A stretch of DNA of 64,000 nucleotides from Octopus bimaculoides (GCF_001194135.2 NC_068986.1:72848038-72912037), one strand, 5' to 3'; positions 25,591 to 39,720 are shown, numbered from the stretch's first letter. Numbers and translations: made by a program. Notes: a model not told the origin generated them from the letters alone.

Positions 25591-26029
25591 CATGTAAATA
25601 CAAGTACAGAGTATTACCCATCATGTGACAGGTAACCTTTGAAATATATTATAACCACCAGGTGTAACATAAAGAAATATAACACACATACAAAAATTAT
25701 GATGTGACTTGTGTCAAATTTCTGGTGCTTATATGAAATGATGAAATGAGTACTAATCTTCAAATGAAAAATATTCACTACTTTGAAATAAAATTAAATA
25801 AAATAAATTTCTCATTTGTATATTTGCAAAAAATATGTAATATCATTTTTATAAATTTTGTCAACATAAACCCCAATCTATTCTGTTGAAAATCTATCTC
25901 TGCAAAATTTCATAAAAGAATGTGTTTTTAAGAAACTTACAAGATTTAAAGTAGACGGTGGTGCACCAAACTGATGTTATGCCCTGATTCTCACACTTTC
26001 TCTATCTCTCATTTTCTCTGATATATACA

Positions 26030-26250
26030 TATGAGGAGTGCTGAAATGTTCCTGGCTTTGAATAAAAGAAAACACAGGAGGATTAGTTAATTATAATTTT
26101 ATTCAATATATCCCCCTTCTCAAATTCACACACTTATTGCAGTGGTCCTTCAGTTTTTCTAAGCCCTGTAAAAGAAGCTGGAAGGTTGTGCCTCCAACCA
26201 GGCCTTTCGGGATACCCTTAAATCCAGGAACTTTTCAGCACTCCCTCATA
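26030..26250. mobile_element. Tc1/mariner MITE
   Basis: TA-flanked TIR tgaggagtgctgaaatgttcctgg / ccaggaacttttcagcactccctca. Confidence 0.8.
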
Positions 26251-27255
26251 TAAATATATATGTATGTATGTATATATATGTGTGTGTGTGGGTGTGTATA
26301 TGAAAAGGTATATGTGAAATGCAGGTAGTTCTCATGTATATACTGCTAATAGGATGTACATGAGTGTGGAAGGGAACAATGCTTCAGTAGGAGAAAATGA
26401 TTCACACAAATTATTGAAAATAATCAAGGTAATATTTTTGGCAATTACAGAGTATAATATAACCAGTAAAAATATGGAGATGGTCAGGCATCAATACTGA
26501 ATGAGGTAACCAACTGACTTTCCCAAATCCTCTTTCATACACTGTATCAATCCTCTATTATTTGTTCTTAATTTCAGCACTCTTGGCTGATTACCTTCTG
26601 GATAGAGAAATTACACTTGGCTGTTTTTCATGAAGGATATTCCAAATGAAGTTGCTCAAAGAGAAGACTAACTCTTTCATATGACAGAGTGGTGGATAGC
26701 TTTCCATTTTAACAATGCCAACCAAAATGATGGCATGGTGAATATTAACATCATCCTGAAATGGGTATTTAAATCTTGATGTAATCTGCCTCACAATCTT
26801 AATCTCATAGGATTTAGATAAAGGATAAAGATCCTTTCCAAGTAAGAAAATTATAGACAAGATAATACAAACACTCAAAGCAAAAATTATGACACCACAG
26901 AGATTATTGATTGGTTTATATGCTTAGAAAATGAGAAGTCTACTAAATTTAACTAGACAGGCAATATTCCTTGTACCTTGTATGCATATGTATGTGCATG
27001 CATGTATACATACACATGCACACATTTTTTTATTATGGCTGGGTTCCAACCTGAGCCACAGCAACATGGTCCACCCAACACACCTCCCAGTCTATGATTC
27101 ACTCCAGGCCAGTGTTTGCAATTAAATTGTCAATGTAAGTGTGACAATGTTTTCCTCATGAAGTGGGTTCCACATGACTAATTTGGATGCTTTCTGTTCA
27201 GGGTGGTTCATGCAGTGGCCAGAGAGTTGCAGCTGTCTCTGTTTGGTTTTCTCGC

Positions 27256-27288
<33 letters not shown>

Positions 27289-30200
27289 ATTTGTTTGTAA
27301 ATCCAAACGTCACAGTTTTTTTAAATCTCAACAAGGAGACCATACTATCCTACAGCTTTGTTGTGTATAATTATACACATCTAATTGAAGGTTGGTGCTT
27401 CTGTATTGCATGTAAAGGAAATGGCATGATATAGTTTGTGTTTACAATATTGTGGATCTACTAATTGGGACTAGTTCAATATTTCCTGGGTAAAAATAAG
27501 TGGTGTGTGTGTGCTTGTGTGTGAGTCACTGACAGCTAATTATTGCAATATTCCAATTTTAAAAAGATTGTAGATATGTCAGAAAAGATCAGGAGTTTAT
27601 AGAAGTTATTTTCTTCTTTTTCTTTTGACACAAGCATCACTATTATTATCATCCTTACATCATTTATCTTATAAGATTGGATCATTGATTAAACTGGTTA
27701 TTGTAGCTTTCTCACCCTAATGCTACTGAAATAATTAGCTCTGTGAAAGACAAACCAAATACAGAAACATCTGCAGACTGCAGGCTAATAAATAAAATGT
27801 GAAATGTTTGAGAATATATCATAATACAACCTACAAGATTATTTCTATGAAACAGAAACTTCAATTGTGAAAGTCTTGCATTGATTAAAGCCTTATTAGT
27901 GGAATTTATCAAACAGAAATTTTGTGGAAACTCACTGGATAGAGAGTGTTTGTTTTCAGATGACTTGATCCATCAACCAATTTATTACCACCACCTGGCC
28001 TTCAAGGTACCTCTAGTAGAGTCCACTGTGTTGCCACCCAGTTTTAAACTATCACCTAATCCTCAGGGCACCTTTAGCAGAATTCACTCAGTTACCTAGT
28101 TTAACACCTGTTCCTCAAGATACCTTTAGTGGACTCCACTCTGTTGTCACAAGTTTAGCAGCACCATCTGGTCCTTAGAGTAACTGAAGTAGAGTTCACA
28201 TTCTGCTATCACTTAATTAATGCCAGATCTCAGTCTGACGGTAATTTTCTCCTTCTGCCACCTGTCACAAAGATCTTGAAAAAAATGGTCATTAGTACTA
28301 CCTTACCTTCTCTAAATAATTTAGAAGGTAATTAATATCAATCATTTTCAAAATCATGTTTTTTATGTCTTACATTAAAGAAGATATTGAATTCATGGCT
28401 CCATATGATAAAGGTTTGCATTCTGCTACAGGAACTACATTGTTATTCTGCACACATACTATTAATTAACCCAAAGTACCTTTTAGCAAAAATAAATCCA
28501 AAATCTATTTCAGTTTAGATCAGATGTAAAGATGATATTGTGAAATAAACCACCAATGATGTAAACTATCTGAATAGTTTTCATGATAATGTAGAAAAAG
28601 ACACAAAAATGACAAAAATACAATAACCGTCTATTGATCATAACTTGGAGTTGTGTCAGGCATGAACAGAGACATCTCTTACCACCATATGTCCCACATT
28701 CATTAACAGTTGTGGAATCCCTATCCCACATCAGGATTTTGATTCACGGTTTGAAAGGATACTCACAGTTCATTCCTCCCATTGGTCAATTCCCAAATGT
28801 TGATAGGCAATTTTTGGTGTCACAGAAAATCAAATTCTTTTTAAATATATATTCATCCATACAAGACAGCCCAACATATCAGCCAACATGTTAACAGTGA
28901 ATAATACAATGAAAATAAAAAAAGTTAAAATCATGAAATCTGAAAATAGTTTATTAAATTATACACAAAAATAAGAGCTAATTAAGGTACTTTAGATGAA
29001 CAAGATCATAATTAACAAGTGAAAATTTACTAAATAATGTGGGAACGTATTTTACAAAAGAAAAACAAAAAAAATATAAACAATGGGAGAAAGAAAAAAA
29101 CATCAATGCAGCACCAAGTGCTTCAATTGTTGCACACCACAAGGTTCAACAGAATCTACTGAAACAAACTAGCATGCTCACATGTTCTTATTAAAACTGT
29201 TTTAATAATTAATAATTGTCACACAAAAAAAAAAAGTCACAGAAACAAAATGTTATTTTTCTTAATAAGAACTTTTGAAATTGAAGAAATATAGTAAATA
29301 GTTTAGTAAGATTTAACACAAACTTCTGATATTATAGATATATGAGAAGAGGGAAGCGAAAGAAAGTGATGGAGATTGCAAATATCATATACTTACTTTA
29401 TCATAAATAATTTATGTTTATTTGTAGAATACTAGGTCTGAGTCTCTAAAAGTTTACCATCAAATCAACTTATTCAAGGAATGCAATATGACTGCTCATT
29501 AAAATATAATGCACACTAATTAATAATAACAATAACATAATAATCAATACTATCTTCTTGGTTTTCTTTTATCTTTTTTGTACAAAACAATAATTAAAGT
29601 CACCATAGTGTAAGGAAAAGAAGGGGCCTACAAATTCAAAAGATGTTGATTGACAGAAAATTTAAAGGGCTGAATATCATAGTTCAGAAGAAAACAAGAC
29701 AAAAACAATAAGGTAATATTTATCCCCTCTTAAATGTGAATGTTCTGTTAGAACAAACTGTACTGCAGTAGATACCATAAGAGAAACTCGCATTATTGGC
29801 TTTTGGTGCAAAAGCACTCTTGTTTATATCGCTAACAGAGTGTATTTTGCACCATAAGCTAGTAAAGTTGTTCTGACTGAACATCGATGTTTAAGTGGGG
29901 ATAAATATCATCTCTCAGTATTAACACAACCTCTGTTGCTAATATATATTTAATAACAGTAAGTTCCAGAGCACAACAGTTCAAGGAAAGAAGCTATTAG
30001 ATTAAAAGGACTTATGACTAACAGGAAGCTCAACAGAGAAATGATGCAACTGGAAAGAGAAGTGGGTGTCACGTTTTAAGGTCTTAATAGTATCAACAAA
30101 TATATATTTTAATGTTACATTTTCTATGTTTCAGTGCATTCAACAGTTCTTAATGTAAGATTTTGTAAGGTACAAAAACTAGTGTCAAGAATCACTAGAG

Positions 30201-31899
30201 CATTGGGGAAAATCTCTTGCAAATTTTAGTTACAGCTCTTTTACATTCTGAGTTCAAATCATGCCAAAATCAACTCAGCCTCTTGTCTTTCAAGGAATGA
30301 TAAAATAAAACATCATTGAAATACTGGGGTCAATATAATCAACTATTAGTACTCCCCTAAACTGCCTTATGTCAATATCTAGTTAAATCTTATTACAGTG
30401 TAAACTCAAATTCCACTGGGATCAATTGTGCCTGTCATCTATCTAGAGATAATAACGTGAGTACCAATATTATAGTGTGAGGTGATGTAGTCAATTTTAC
30501 TCTTTGTGACCTTATGTCATTATATCCTTCCACTAACATCTGACCATGAGTTATAGTAAAAAGTAAATATAGCTTTTAAATACTTCCATATTTTAGCTCA
30601 TAAATTAAAAACTAAAAACAAAACCTCATATTAAATATATTAGTTCCATTTGTCTTCTTTAAAGATTAGATCATTTTTGTTTAAGCATCAATTGGAGAGC
30701 TGTAATCTTATATTACAAGAACAACTTTGTTAATAAACTTATAATAGAATTTATTTTAAACTACAAAACACATATGAAAGAGGTTTGTAGAATTTGTAAA
30801 ATCCCCAGTCTAAATCTCAAACATTCTAATCTGATAAGAAACAAACTTCTCTCTGGATATGAAGTATGGCATGGATTTTAGCTGAGAGAGAGAGAGAGAC
30901 AGAGAGAGAGAGAAAGAGAGATTGCCTCTCTGTCTGTTTTATCTGCAGCTATGTTAATGCATTTTTTTCTCTCTATGTCTGCTTATCTGCAGTTAGGCTA
31001 ATACAATTTTTTAAATTTCAATAGCTTATCAAAGTTTTTAACCTTTGTTTTAAAAAAATACTGATTCTCCAGAAGCATTTATGTAAATCATAATGAAATT
31101 CCACTAAAGATCTGAATACTTTAACCTAATCAACATGTAATATTCTATTTTTTATCTCTAGAAAAATACTCTATATCTATGTACCATGTCATTTATTATT
31201 GAATGCCTGTTATCAGTTATGCAACAATGATTAAATAATTACATTTGTATAATGAAATAGCAAATTTTATCAAAAATGACATTTTATCAATTTGCTTTAA
31301 ATAGTGCTTCTGACCTGAAAATATCCTTAATGATTCAAAAATTATAATTATTTCGTTCCAGTTTTAGTCAATCAAAGAGATTTTAATTGATTTGATGCTA
31401 CTTTTCTAGATTAGTTAATTGTATTTTTTTTAAAAAAAGGAAAAAGATCTTTTAATTTTATAATGCTATATCAAAAAACATAGAAAATGTGTTTGTTGTA
31501 AGAAACTATAAAAATAAACATTGAGCTTCAACTTAGAATATAACAGCTGGATGCAGAATAATAATAGGCACAGGTGTGACTTTATACATTAATAACTTGG
31601 CATTTCCCAGGTTATTGAAAATAACATGTTTTGTCCAATGTTCTCACTGTTAAAATTGTTAAAAAAAGCAGGTATTTCTTTGTCTTTGCAATCACCTTTA
31701 GTTGTCACATGTTAAACATGTTGAAACATGTTAAACCTGAAAATGCATAAATTTGAAAAGAACTGCCCTCTGGGTGCTCCTCTCCTATTAATAAATACAT
31801 TTAACAAAAATTCTATCAGATGACATGAGTATAAACAACTGTATTGAAACAAATCCGGAAATCAATCACAGTTTAATTATCTAGAACTTCTAAATACAC

Positions 31900-32520
31900 A
31901 ATGTTTTGAGTGAGTCCTTTAATTTGTGTATAAATGAAAAGATTTTGAAGACTTCCAACTCGTGAACATCCTACATATAATTGCCCATGAGAGAAGCAAG
32001 GAGAAGTAAGGTGAGTCCAAACAACATTGAGAGACTCCTTGAGATTTGCTTGTTGAGATAGTGAAATTTAGCTTGTCTGGGAGCTGAAACCATTTAAATT
32101 CAAAGAGAAGGTCATATAGGATTAACAGGATCAGTGGAATGAAGACATCCTCACCCTTGTAGTTCCCAGTCATAATTGCTGCCTCTAGGATATGGGGTCA
32201 TATCACTTTCACCACCAGTCTGGTGCCATTGCACAGACAAGGTAGATGCAGATTCCTGAGCAGCATGATTGGAGCCCCCTTTTCAAGTGTTAAGTGGTGA
32301 GGTGGCATCCCAGATGGCTGTAGAGAGTTCAGGAACTCAGTTGGAAAAACTACAACCTAGTCCTGATCAATGACAGTGCCGAGGGATTTGAAAGATTGTT
32401 CTTGTCCTGGCAACAGCTGCAAGAGATCCCAGTTGATTTTGTCAACAGCGTCATTATGTCGAGCTAAGATGGCTTGCTCACAAAGCCATTGACTGTTGCT
32501 AAAGTTTTGTGCAATATACC
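31900..32520 (-). pseudogene. Helitron PIF1-like helicase relic
   Basis: Peptides [61 protein letters not shown], with stops and frameshifts. Confidence 0.9.
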
Positions 32521-32575
32521 TTATATATATATAAAACAGACCTGTTGACATGTGAGAAAAAGGCCTCATCTATCT

Positions 32576-32616
<41 letters not shown>

Positions 32617-32952
32617 AATATATATATCATATATATGAAGCAGACCTGTTGATGAAAAAGAGACATCTATCACTCTGTAAAATGTATTTACATATACATA
32701 AATATATATCTTATGTATGAAGCAGACCTGTTGACATTGGGAAACTTTTACAAAAACGAACCTGTACATACAGATACACAAATAGAAAGCTGAAGATGTA
32801 AAATGAAAGTACCTTTAGAAATTGATTTTTATCAGAAATCATCACAACTGTAATGATGTATACATACATGTGTGTGTGTAAATAGCTGGTTACTTAGTTA
32901 CTACATCAAAATGCCAGACACAGGAAGTTGACATTGACAAAACGGTTTGAAG

Positions 32953-35027
32953 AAGTGAATCTATATTATATATATGTTTGTCCCCACGCCATTTGCCGCC
33001 AGGATGCAAACCGACCAACCGTAGCCACTAATAAGGTCACGTGAGAAAGCGTTTTTCTGATGCTCTCTGGAGCCCCTATTTTCCTATAAATAGCCTAAAT
33101 TATCCGCGGCAATTCGTCGCGGCTCAGATCCTCACAGATCTGGTCGTTGACCACACATGCGTAGCACAGCACCAACCAGCCAGCCAGTTCCAGCGACGAC
33201 ATCAACAACCACTTCAACTACGTACTACTAGCACCGTCGCCAGCGTCAACACGACTCTAAGTACACAAGCTACCAAACAACCACCGCAGCTTCTCAACCC
33301 TGTTTGTGTGATTTGCTCACCACGAAATTAACAGCCAGAACTCAACCTGCGAAGAACATCTGTATCAAGTAGCCCGGCCCGGCATAGAAGCCCCAACTTC
33401 ACAACGAGTGACTTAGCGCTGCCTAACGCCTCAACCTCTTACATACAGATTATCAATACTACTGTGTACCTTAACAGAAATGGTATATTTCCTTATCCGT
33501 GTTACTGACTCTTATCTATACTCTATATCTCTTGCATTCACATACATGTATTACTTGAACACACTTTTGTTTACATGACGGCCTGTCTTATATTGTGTTT
33601 TATTATGTCGCATTCACACACACACAGACATAGAGCTAAATGCTCTAATAAATCTTTACTGTTATTCATCTCTATCGGTTGCGTTCCTATTTTGTCCTTC
33701 CTGGCAAATTTCTTAGTTCTCTATGTTATAGTATTATAACATATCATTATATTTTGTGGCGACCATGTGACGCGTTTAAAAAGGAGCCTGTTTTCCATTC
33801 GTCACCATTTCTCCTTTGGTTTGCACGGTCGTTCTTACAAACTGGTAACCCCGACGTGATGCCAACATACAGCCCCACGTGATTCTGTTCACACAGCTTC
33901 ACTTAAAATGGTGACTAAATGCCAGTATAGGACCAACCGTTCTTTCAGTTTTTTCACTACAATTATTTTCTGTTTCGTCTGTTTGTCTGGTGTGAGGCTA
34001 GTGTAGTGAAACTACCTCTCTCACGGTATATATATTAACAAATGCGAGCGTAGCAGAGAACACCTCTTTCCCTGTCATCACCTGACTGACTTTTATTTAC
34101 GCGGCAATTGTCTCCACTCCATTTGCTGCCAGGATGCAAACCGACCAACCGTAGCCACTAATAAGGTCACGTGAGAGAGCGTTTTTCTGATGCTCTCTGG
34201 AGCCCCTATTTTTTTATAAATAGCCTAAATTATCCGCGGCAATTCATCGCAGCTCATTGACCGCACACGCATAACACAGCACCAGCCAGCCAGCCAGTTC
34301 CAGCGACGACATCAACAACCACTTCAACTACGTACTACTAGCACGATCGCCAGCGTCAACACGACTCTAAATACACAAGCTACCAAACAGCCACCGCAGC
34401 TTCTCAACCCTGTTTGTGTGATTTGCTCACCACGAAATTAACAGCCAGAACTCAACCTGCGAAGAACATCTGTATNNNNNNNNNNTGTTTGTGTGATTTG
34501 CTCACCACGAAATTAACAGCCAGAACTCAACCTGCGAAGAACATCTGTATCAAGTAGCCCGGCCCGGCATAGAAGCCCCAACTTCACGACGATTGACTTA
34601 GCGCTGCCTAACGCCTCAACCTCTTACATACAGATTAGCAATACTACTGTGTACCTTAACAGAACTGGTATATTTCCTTATCCGTGTTACTGACTCTTAT
34701 CTATACTCTGTAACTCTTACATACACATACATACATTTGTATACACACTCTTCTGTTTACATGATGGCCTGTCTTATATCGTGTTTTATTATGTTGCATT
34801 CACTCACACACAGACATACAATTTAATGCTCCAATAAATCTTACTGTTAATCATCTTTATCGGTTGCATTCCTATCTTGTCCTTCCTGGCAAATTTCCTA
34901 GTCCTCTATGTTATAGTATTATAACATATTATCATTATATTTTGTGTCGACCGTGTGATGCGTTAAAAAAGGAGCCTGTTTTCCATTCGTCACTATTTCT
35001 CCTTTGGTTTGCACGGTCGTTCTTACA
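32953..35027 (+). mobile_element. Non-autonomous miniature LTR retrotransposon (TRIM-like)
   Basis: Direct repeats ~32953-33839 and 34002-35027; the 3' copy starts TGTA and both end TACA. TATAAATA and AATAAA in each LTR; only ~160 bp of internal sequence. Confidence 0.8.
33843..33860 (+). promoter_or_regulatory. Primer-binding site complementary to tRNA-Trp 3' end
   Basis: TGGTAACCCCGACGTGAT, 3 nt after the LTR end; 17/18 match to the complement of the metazoan tRNA-Trp(CCA) end ATCACGTCGGGGTCACCA (recalled). Confidence 0.8.
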
Positions 35028-35045
35028 TATATATAAAGCAATACT

Positions 35046-35817
35046 CTTTTACTCTTTTACTTGTTTCAGTCATTTTATTGCGGCCATGCTGGAGCACCGC
35101 CTTTAGTCGAGCAAATCAACCCCGGGACTTATTCTTTGTAAGCCCAGTACTTATTCTATTGGTCTCTTTTGCCGAACCGCTAAGTGACAGGGACATAAAC
35201 ACACCAGCATCAGTTGTCAAGCAATGCTAGGGGGACAAACACAGACACACAAACTCACACACACACACACATATATATATATACATATATACAATGGGCT
35301 TCTTTCAGTTTCCATCTACCAAATCCACTCACAAGGCTTTGGTCGACCCAAGGCTATAGTAGAAGACACTTGCCCAAGATGCCACGCAGTGGGACTGAAC
35401 CCAGAACCATGTGGTTGGTAACTTGTTTCAGTAAATAAGTTGGAGCTATGCAGGGGCACTGTCTTGAAGAATCTTAGTTGAAAGATCTTAGTTGAAGAAT
35501 CTTAGCTTCTTTTTTTAAAGCCTGCTACTTATTCTATCAGTGTCTTTTACTGACCGGCTAAGTTACAGGTACATAAACATACCAACACTGGTTGTCAAGT
35601 GTTGGGTGGATGGGTGGGTGGGACAGACACAAAAACACGTGTGTGCATACACACACACATGACAATGACCTTCTTTTGGTTTCCATCTACCAAGCCCACT
35701 CACAAGGCTTTGGTCTGCCCAAAGACACTTGTCCAAGGTGTCACACAGTGGGACTGAACCTGGAACCATGTGACTGCAAAATAAGCTTCTTACCATACAA
35801 CCATGCTTGTGCCTTTG
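35046..35817 (-). mobile_element. Two tandem SINE family A copies (35046-35421, ~35520-35817)
   Basis: Reverse-complement matches. Confidence 0.8.
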
Positions 35818-37010
35818 TAACCAAAACTCTAAACTTTTTTTTGGATCAGTCTTAAATGATAGCAAAACCTTAAAAATTTCAATTTTTATATATTTTAATA
35901 ATAACGTTGCTTATATTTTTCATTTTGAACTAGCTTTGCTCAAAAACCACAACTCATTCTCCAGCTTTGAGTCACTCTATCTTTAAGATTAGTTTTATGT
36001 TATATCAATTTTCCTGCCAGTCACATCCAATTAAAGTTTTTAAACTACCCATAGGTCAATGCCACCATATATGTTCTAAAAGATTACATACATACACACA
36101 TATTTGATAAGCCAGGAGAAAATTGCCTAGAGAATGATGTTTCTCTCAATAGATTCTAATAGAGATTAAAGTGAATGCTATGTGGTAAGAAACTCTCAAG
36201 AGAGCTGAACAGTAGGTCTTCAGAGAGAAAATCTCCCCCAGGCAAGTGTTTCAGCCCTTAACTTTTGACACCCAAAGGGGCCAGGCTGCATCCAGGTCGT
36301 AACTCCAGGATGCTCTTCTGCTGACCACTATTTAACCATTTGGATATCAGAGACTTATTGTGCATTTAAACTGCTTGAACATTTCATCTAGCTGTAACTT
36401 CTCTCTGTTGATTCAGCTTTCAAACTTATACTTAAAGAAGAAATAACATTGGTTGTTATGGAAACAGTGGAGCATCAACACTATCACAATAACTCACTCA
36501 GAGTTACTTCCCATAGCATTAACAAACAAAAATATTACTGACAAATGGTATGAATTCAGGCAGTTTTGTACTCTTTGGTGGAGGATCACCTAGAGAAACA
36601 TGAAAATGCTTTAACATTTATCAGATGTTTTTTAGAACATGATACATCTCAAGAGCTAGTTGAATCAATTTTCAATTTTAATATATTTTACTAAAAACGT
36701 TGCTAATATTTTTCACTTTGAACTAGCTTTGCTCAAAAACCACAACTCATTCTCCAGCTTTGATTCACTCTATCTTTGAAGATCAGCTTTACTTTTTGTT
36801 AATTTTTCTTCCCAGTCACTTCCGATTAAAGTTTTTAGAATACACATAGGTCAATGACACCATATATGTACTAAAAGATTACACACACACACACACATTC
36901 ATATCATATTTATGCACATACATACACATACATACGGGCACGCATTAAATAAACCAAGTGAAAATTACTAGAGAATGGTGTTTCTCTCAATAAATCCTAA
37001 TATAGATTAA

Positions 37011-37230
37011 CCTTTTAACATTCAGAATACTCTGTCAAATGTAATGCTTATTTATTCACATTGTTTTAAATTAACCATGCATCATCTCATTGCTTCAAGA
37101 ATTTGATGATGTGATTGCTTATTTTTCAAATGACTTTGTATAGCAGGTGTGAGAGGCTGGATCTGGTCAGTTTAAATATAAAACAGGTAGAAATATTTGG
37201 GATGGATATGGCCAGTTTAAATGCTAAAGG
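37011..37230. mobile_element. piggyBac-like MITE
   Basis: TTAA on both sides; the empty site (gattaaagtgaa) is visible in the duplicate at ~36165. Confidence 0.8.
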
Positions 37231-37374
37231 TTAAAGTGAACTTTAAATGACTCTAAAATTAATATAAAGTAAGACAAAAACACCAGGAATATTTATAAGA
37301 ATTAACAGGCAAGTGTGAGTATAAATGAGTAATTTTTTAATATTTTTTCAAGAAAATGAAACAAAGCAATTTAT

Positions 37375-37925
37375 AATAATGGCTTCAAATTTTGGTACAA
37401 TGCCAGGGGAGGGAACAAGTCAATTACATCAACCCCAATGATCAACTGGTACTTATTTGATTGACCTCAAAAAGATGAAAGGCAAAGTCTACCTTAGTGG
37501 AATTTGAACTCAGAATCTAAAGTCGGATGAAATGTTGCTAAACATTTTGCCTGGTGTGCTAATGATTCTACCAGCTCACCAACTTATGAATAATAATAAT
37601 GCCTATTATAGGCACAAGTTCTGAAATTTTGAGGGAGGGGCTAGTTGAATACTTCAGCTCCAGTGCACAACTGGGACTTATTTCATTGGCCCCAAAAGGA
37701 TGAAAGGCATTTGAACTCAGAGCATAAAGACAGACAAAATGATGCTAAGCATGCTAACCATTCTGCCAGCTTGCCATTTTAATAATAGTAATCATGATCC
37801 TTTCCACTATAGGCACAAAGCCAGAAATTTGGTGGTGGGGAGGCTTAGTCAGTTACCACGATCCCAGGGCTCAACTGGTAATTATTTTATTGATCCCAAA
37901 AGGATGAAAGGTAAAATAGACTGAG
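37375..37925 (-). mobile_element. Tandem cluster of three SINE family C copies
   Basis: Repeated ccccaaaaggatgaaaggc / gaatttgaactcag motifs separated by (AAT)n tails. Confidence 0.7.
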
Positions 37926-39290
37926 TGGAAGATAGTCCTTATTTTGAGATCCAGTCTTCTCCAGAACAACACTGCAGTTTCACCTCCCATCCCTGGTTGA
38001 CATGGAAATAAATAGATCTTGTATCCAGCAAAAACGAGCATGAACACTTGTCAGTGGGAAGTCTGGTTTCACTGATGGCCACTAGATCAACACTGAGTGA
38101 CCTGAGATCACCGAGTAGATTATCCTGTTACCAAGGTGACCCCCAGACCACGTGCATTTATATTGCCTATCGTAAGCAAGGCCATGTTAAATCACAGTAT
38201 AGAAACGGAAAAGGTTACTTACAGTGATTTTAATGGTGAGGTGGAGATAGTCGTTTGGTCGCCGTGGTTATTTGTGGATGTTTCCACAAGCAGATCATTG
38301 TATAGTCTTTTGTCTATGTCTTTCCTGAAGGCTCCTACTACTTCAGGATATTTCGTTTTTTTTTTTGTGTTGTATTTTTTTGTGATGTTAGGACAAATTT
38401 TGTTCATGGGAGTGTGTTGTTTGTTTGTATGATGAAATCAGTGTTTGTGATGTCTGTATGGTTGTATATGTGTGCCATTAGTTCTCTATTGTTTGTATTT
38501 ATTGCTGTGTAGTTGATGATTGTGTGTTGCAGGTGTTGGGATGTGTGAGCTGCAAGTTCTGTATGTGAATTGAGTTGTGCTTGTGGTGATGGTACTGATG
38601 GGAATGTTGTTGTTGATGGTGCTGGTGTAGCTGCATTTGGTGGTGTCTGTGTGTTTGTTTTGAAATGTGTCTTCTCAGTCATCATACCAGCTAGATTTCT
38701 GTATTTTAGTTGCTGTATTTTTGTTTTTCTTTTTCTTTTTGACCTGGCAACTTGTTATTTAGGCTCTTCTTCCTCTCATGTCTCAGGACATATCTGAGTG
38801 TTCGGAATAGGGAAAAGGCAAATCTTGTAGGGCTTTTTGCTTGTGTTCTCTTGGTAAAGTTGTAGTTGTTTTGAGGTGTTCTGATGCTGTTGTTTTTGTT
38901 GGTGTCTGGTATGGAAGCCAAAGATGTTGGTGAGTTGTTTGTTTTGTTCATTGCTGTTGTTTCCACTTTTATTGTTGTTGTTGCTGCTGTTGTTTTTGCA
39001 ACTCTAGTGGTCACCTGCCTCTGCTGGTGTTGTTGCAGTTGCTTTTATTGCTGTTGTTGTTGTCATGTTTGAAGGGTCTGCAGCAGCATGGTTTTGTCTT
39101 TCGTTTGCCTGGGGCAAAAAGCCTTTAAATGGTTTGTTTCACTACAAATGTGATGACACCTCAGTTTTCTGCCCTCTACTGCTACAAACAGTTTTGTTCC
39201 TCCAGGGATCACAATTAGATCTGGAATCTCTTGTGCAGTTGCAAAATTTGAATACAACAAGTGTTCCATCCCTGTGCTATGCCAATTTTC
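37925..39290 (-). mobile_element. L1/Tx1-like LINE fragment: ORF1 zinc knuckle, low-complexity linker, APE endonuclease start
   Basis: KLFVAVEGRKLRCHHICSETNHLKAFCP (CCHC-like), then IGNINARGL...DLVAISETRL. Confidence 0.75.
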
Positions 39291-39334
39291 TTTTTTAAAT
39301 GAGTGTATTTTTAGAATTTAATTCTGTCTTCTAT

Positions 39335-39720
39335 GCCGCAAAACACAGCCACTGCTAGCAAGATGTCCACTTCTGGCGATGAAATGCAAAAGTGACCTCA
39401 GCAGAATTTGAACTCAGAATGTAGTGAAGGGCAAAATACTGCTAAGCATTTTGTCCAGCATGCTAATGATTCTGCCAGCTCGCAGCCTTAATAATAATTA
39501 TAATAATACAAATTTTGCCTCAAGGGCAGCAATTTTGGGGGAGGAATTGAGTTGATTACATTGATCCCAGTGTTCAACTAGTGCTTATTTTATTTAACCC
39601 AAATGGATGAAAAGAAAAGTTGGCCTTGTCAGAATTTGAACCCAGGATGGAGCAACAGATGAAATACTGCTAAGCATTTTGTCCAGTATGCTACTGATTC
39701 TGGCAGACCACTGCCATCCA
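39335..39720 (-). mobile_element. Two tandem SINE family C copies
   Basis: Same motifs as at 37375-37925. Confidence 0.7.

Noticed and set aside
26348-26660. Plus-strand exon pair (MYMSVEGNN...IIK | HSWLITFW...*)
   Set aside because: Short and unrecognisable, downstream of an in-frame stop of the + gene, and overlaps the competing minus-strand model.
28510-28894. Overlapping ORFs with donor-like sites
   Set aside because: No frame links a convincing acceptor to the donors without stops.
34411-34550. 65-bp tandem duplication across a 10-N gap
   Set aside because: Identical sequence on both sides of a scaffold gap is a typical unmerged contig overlap.
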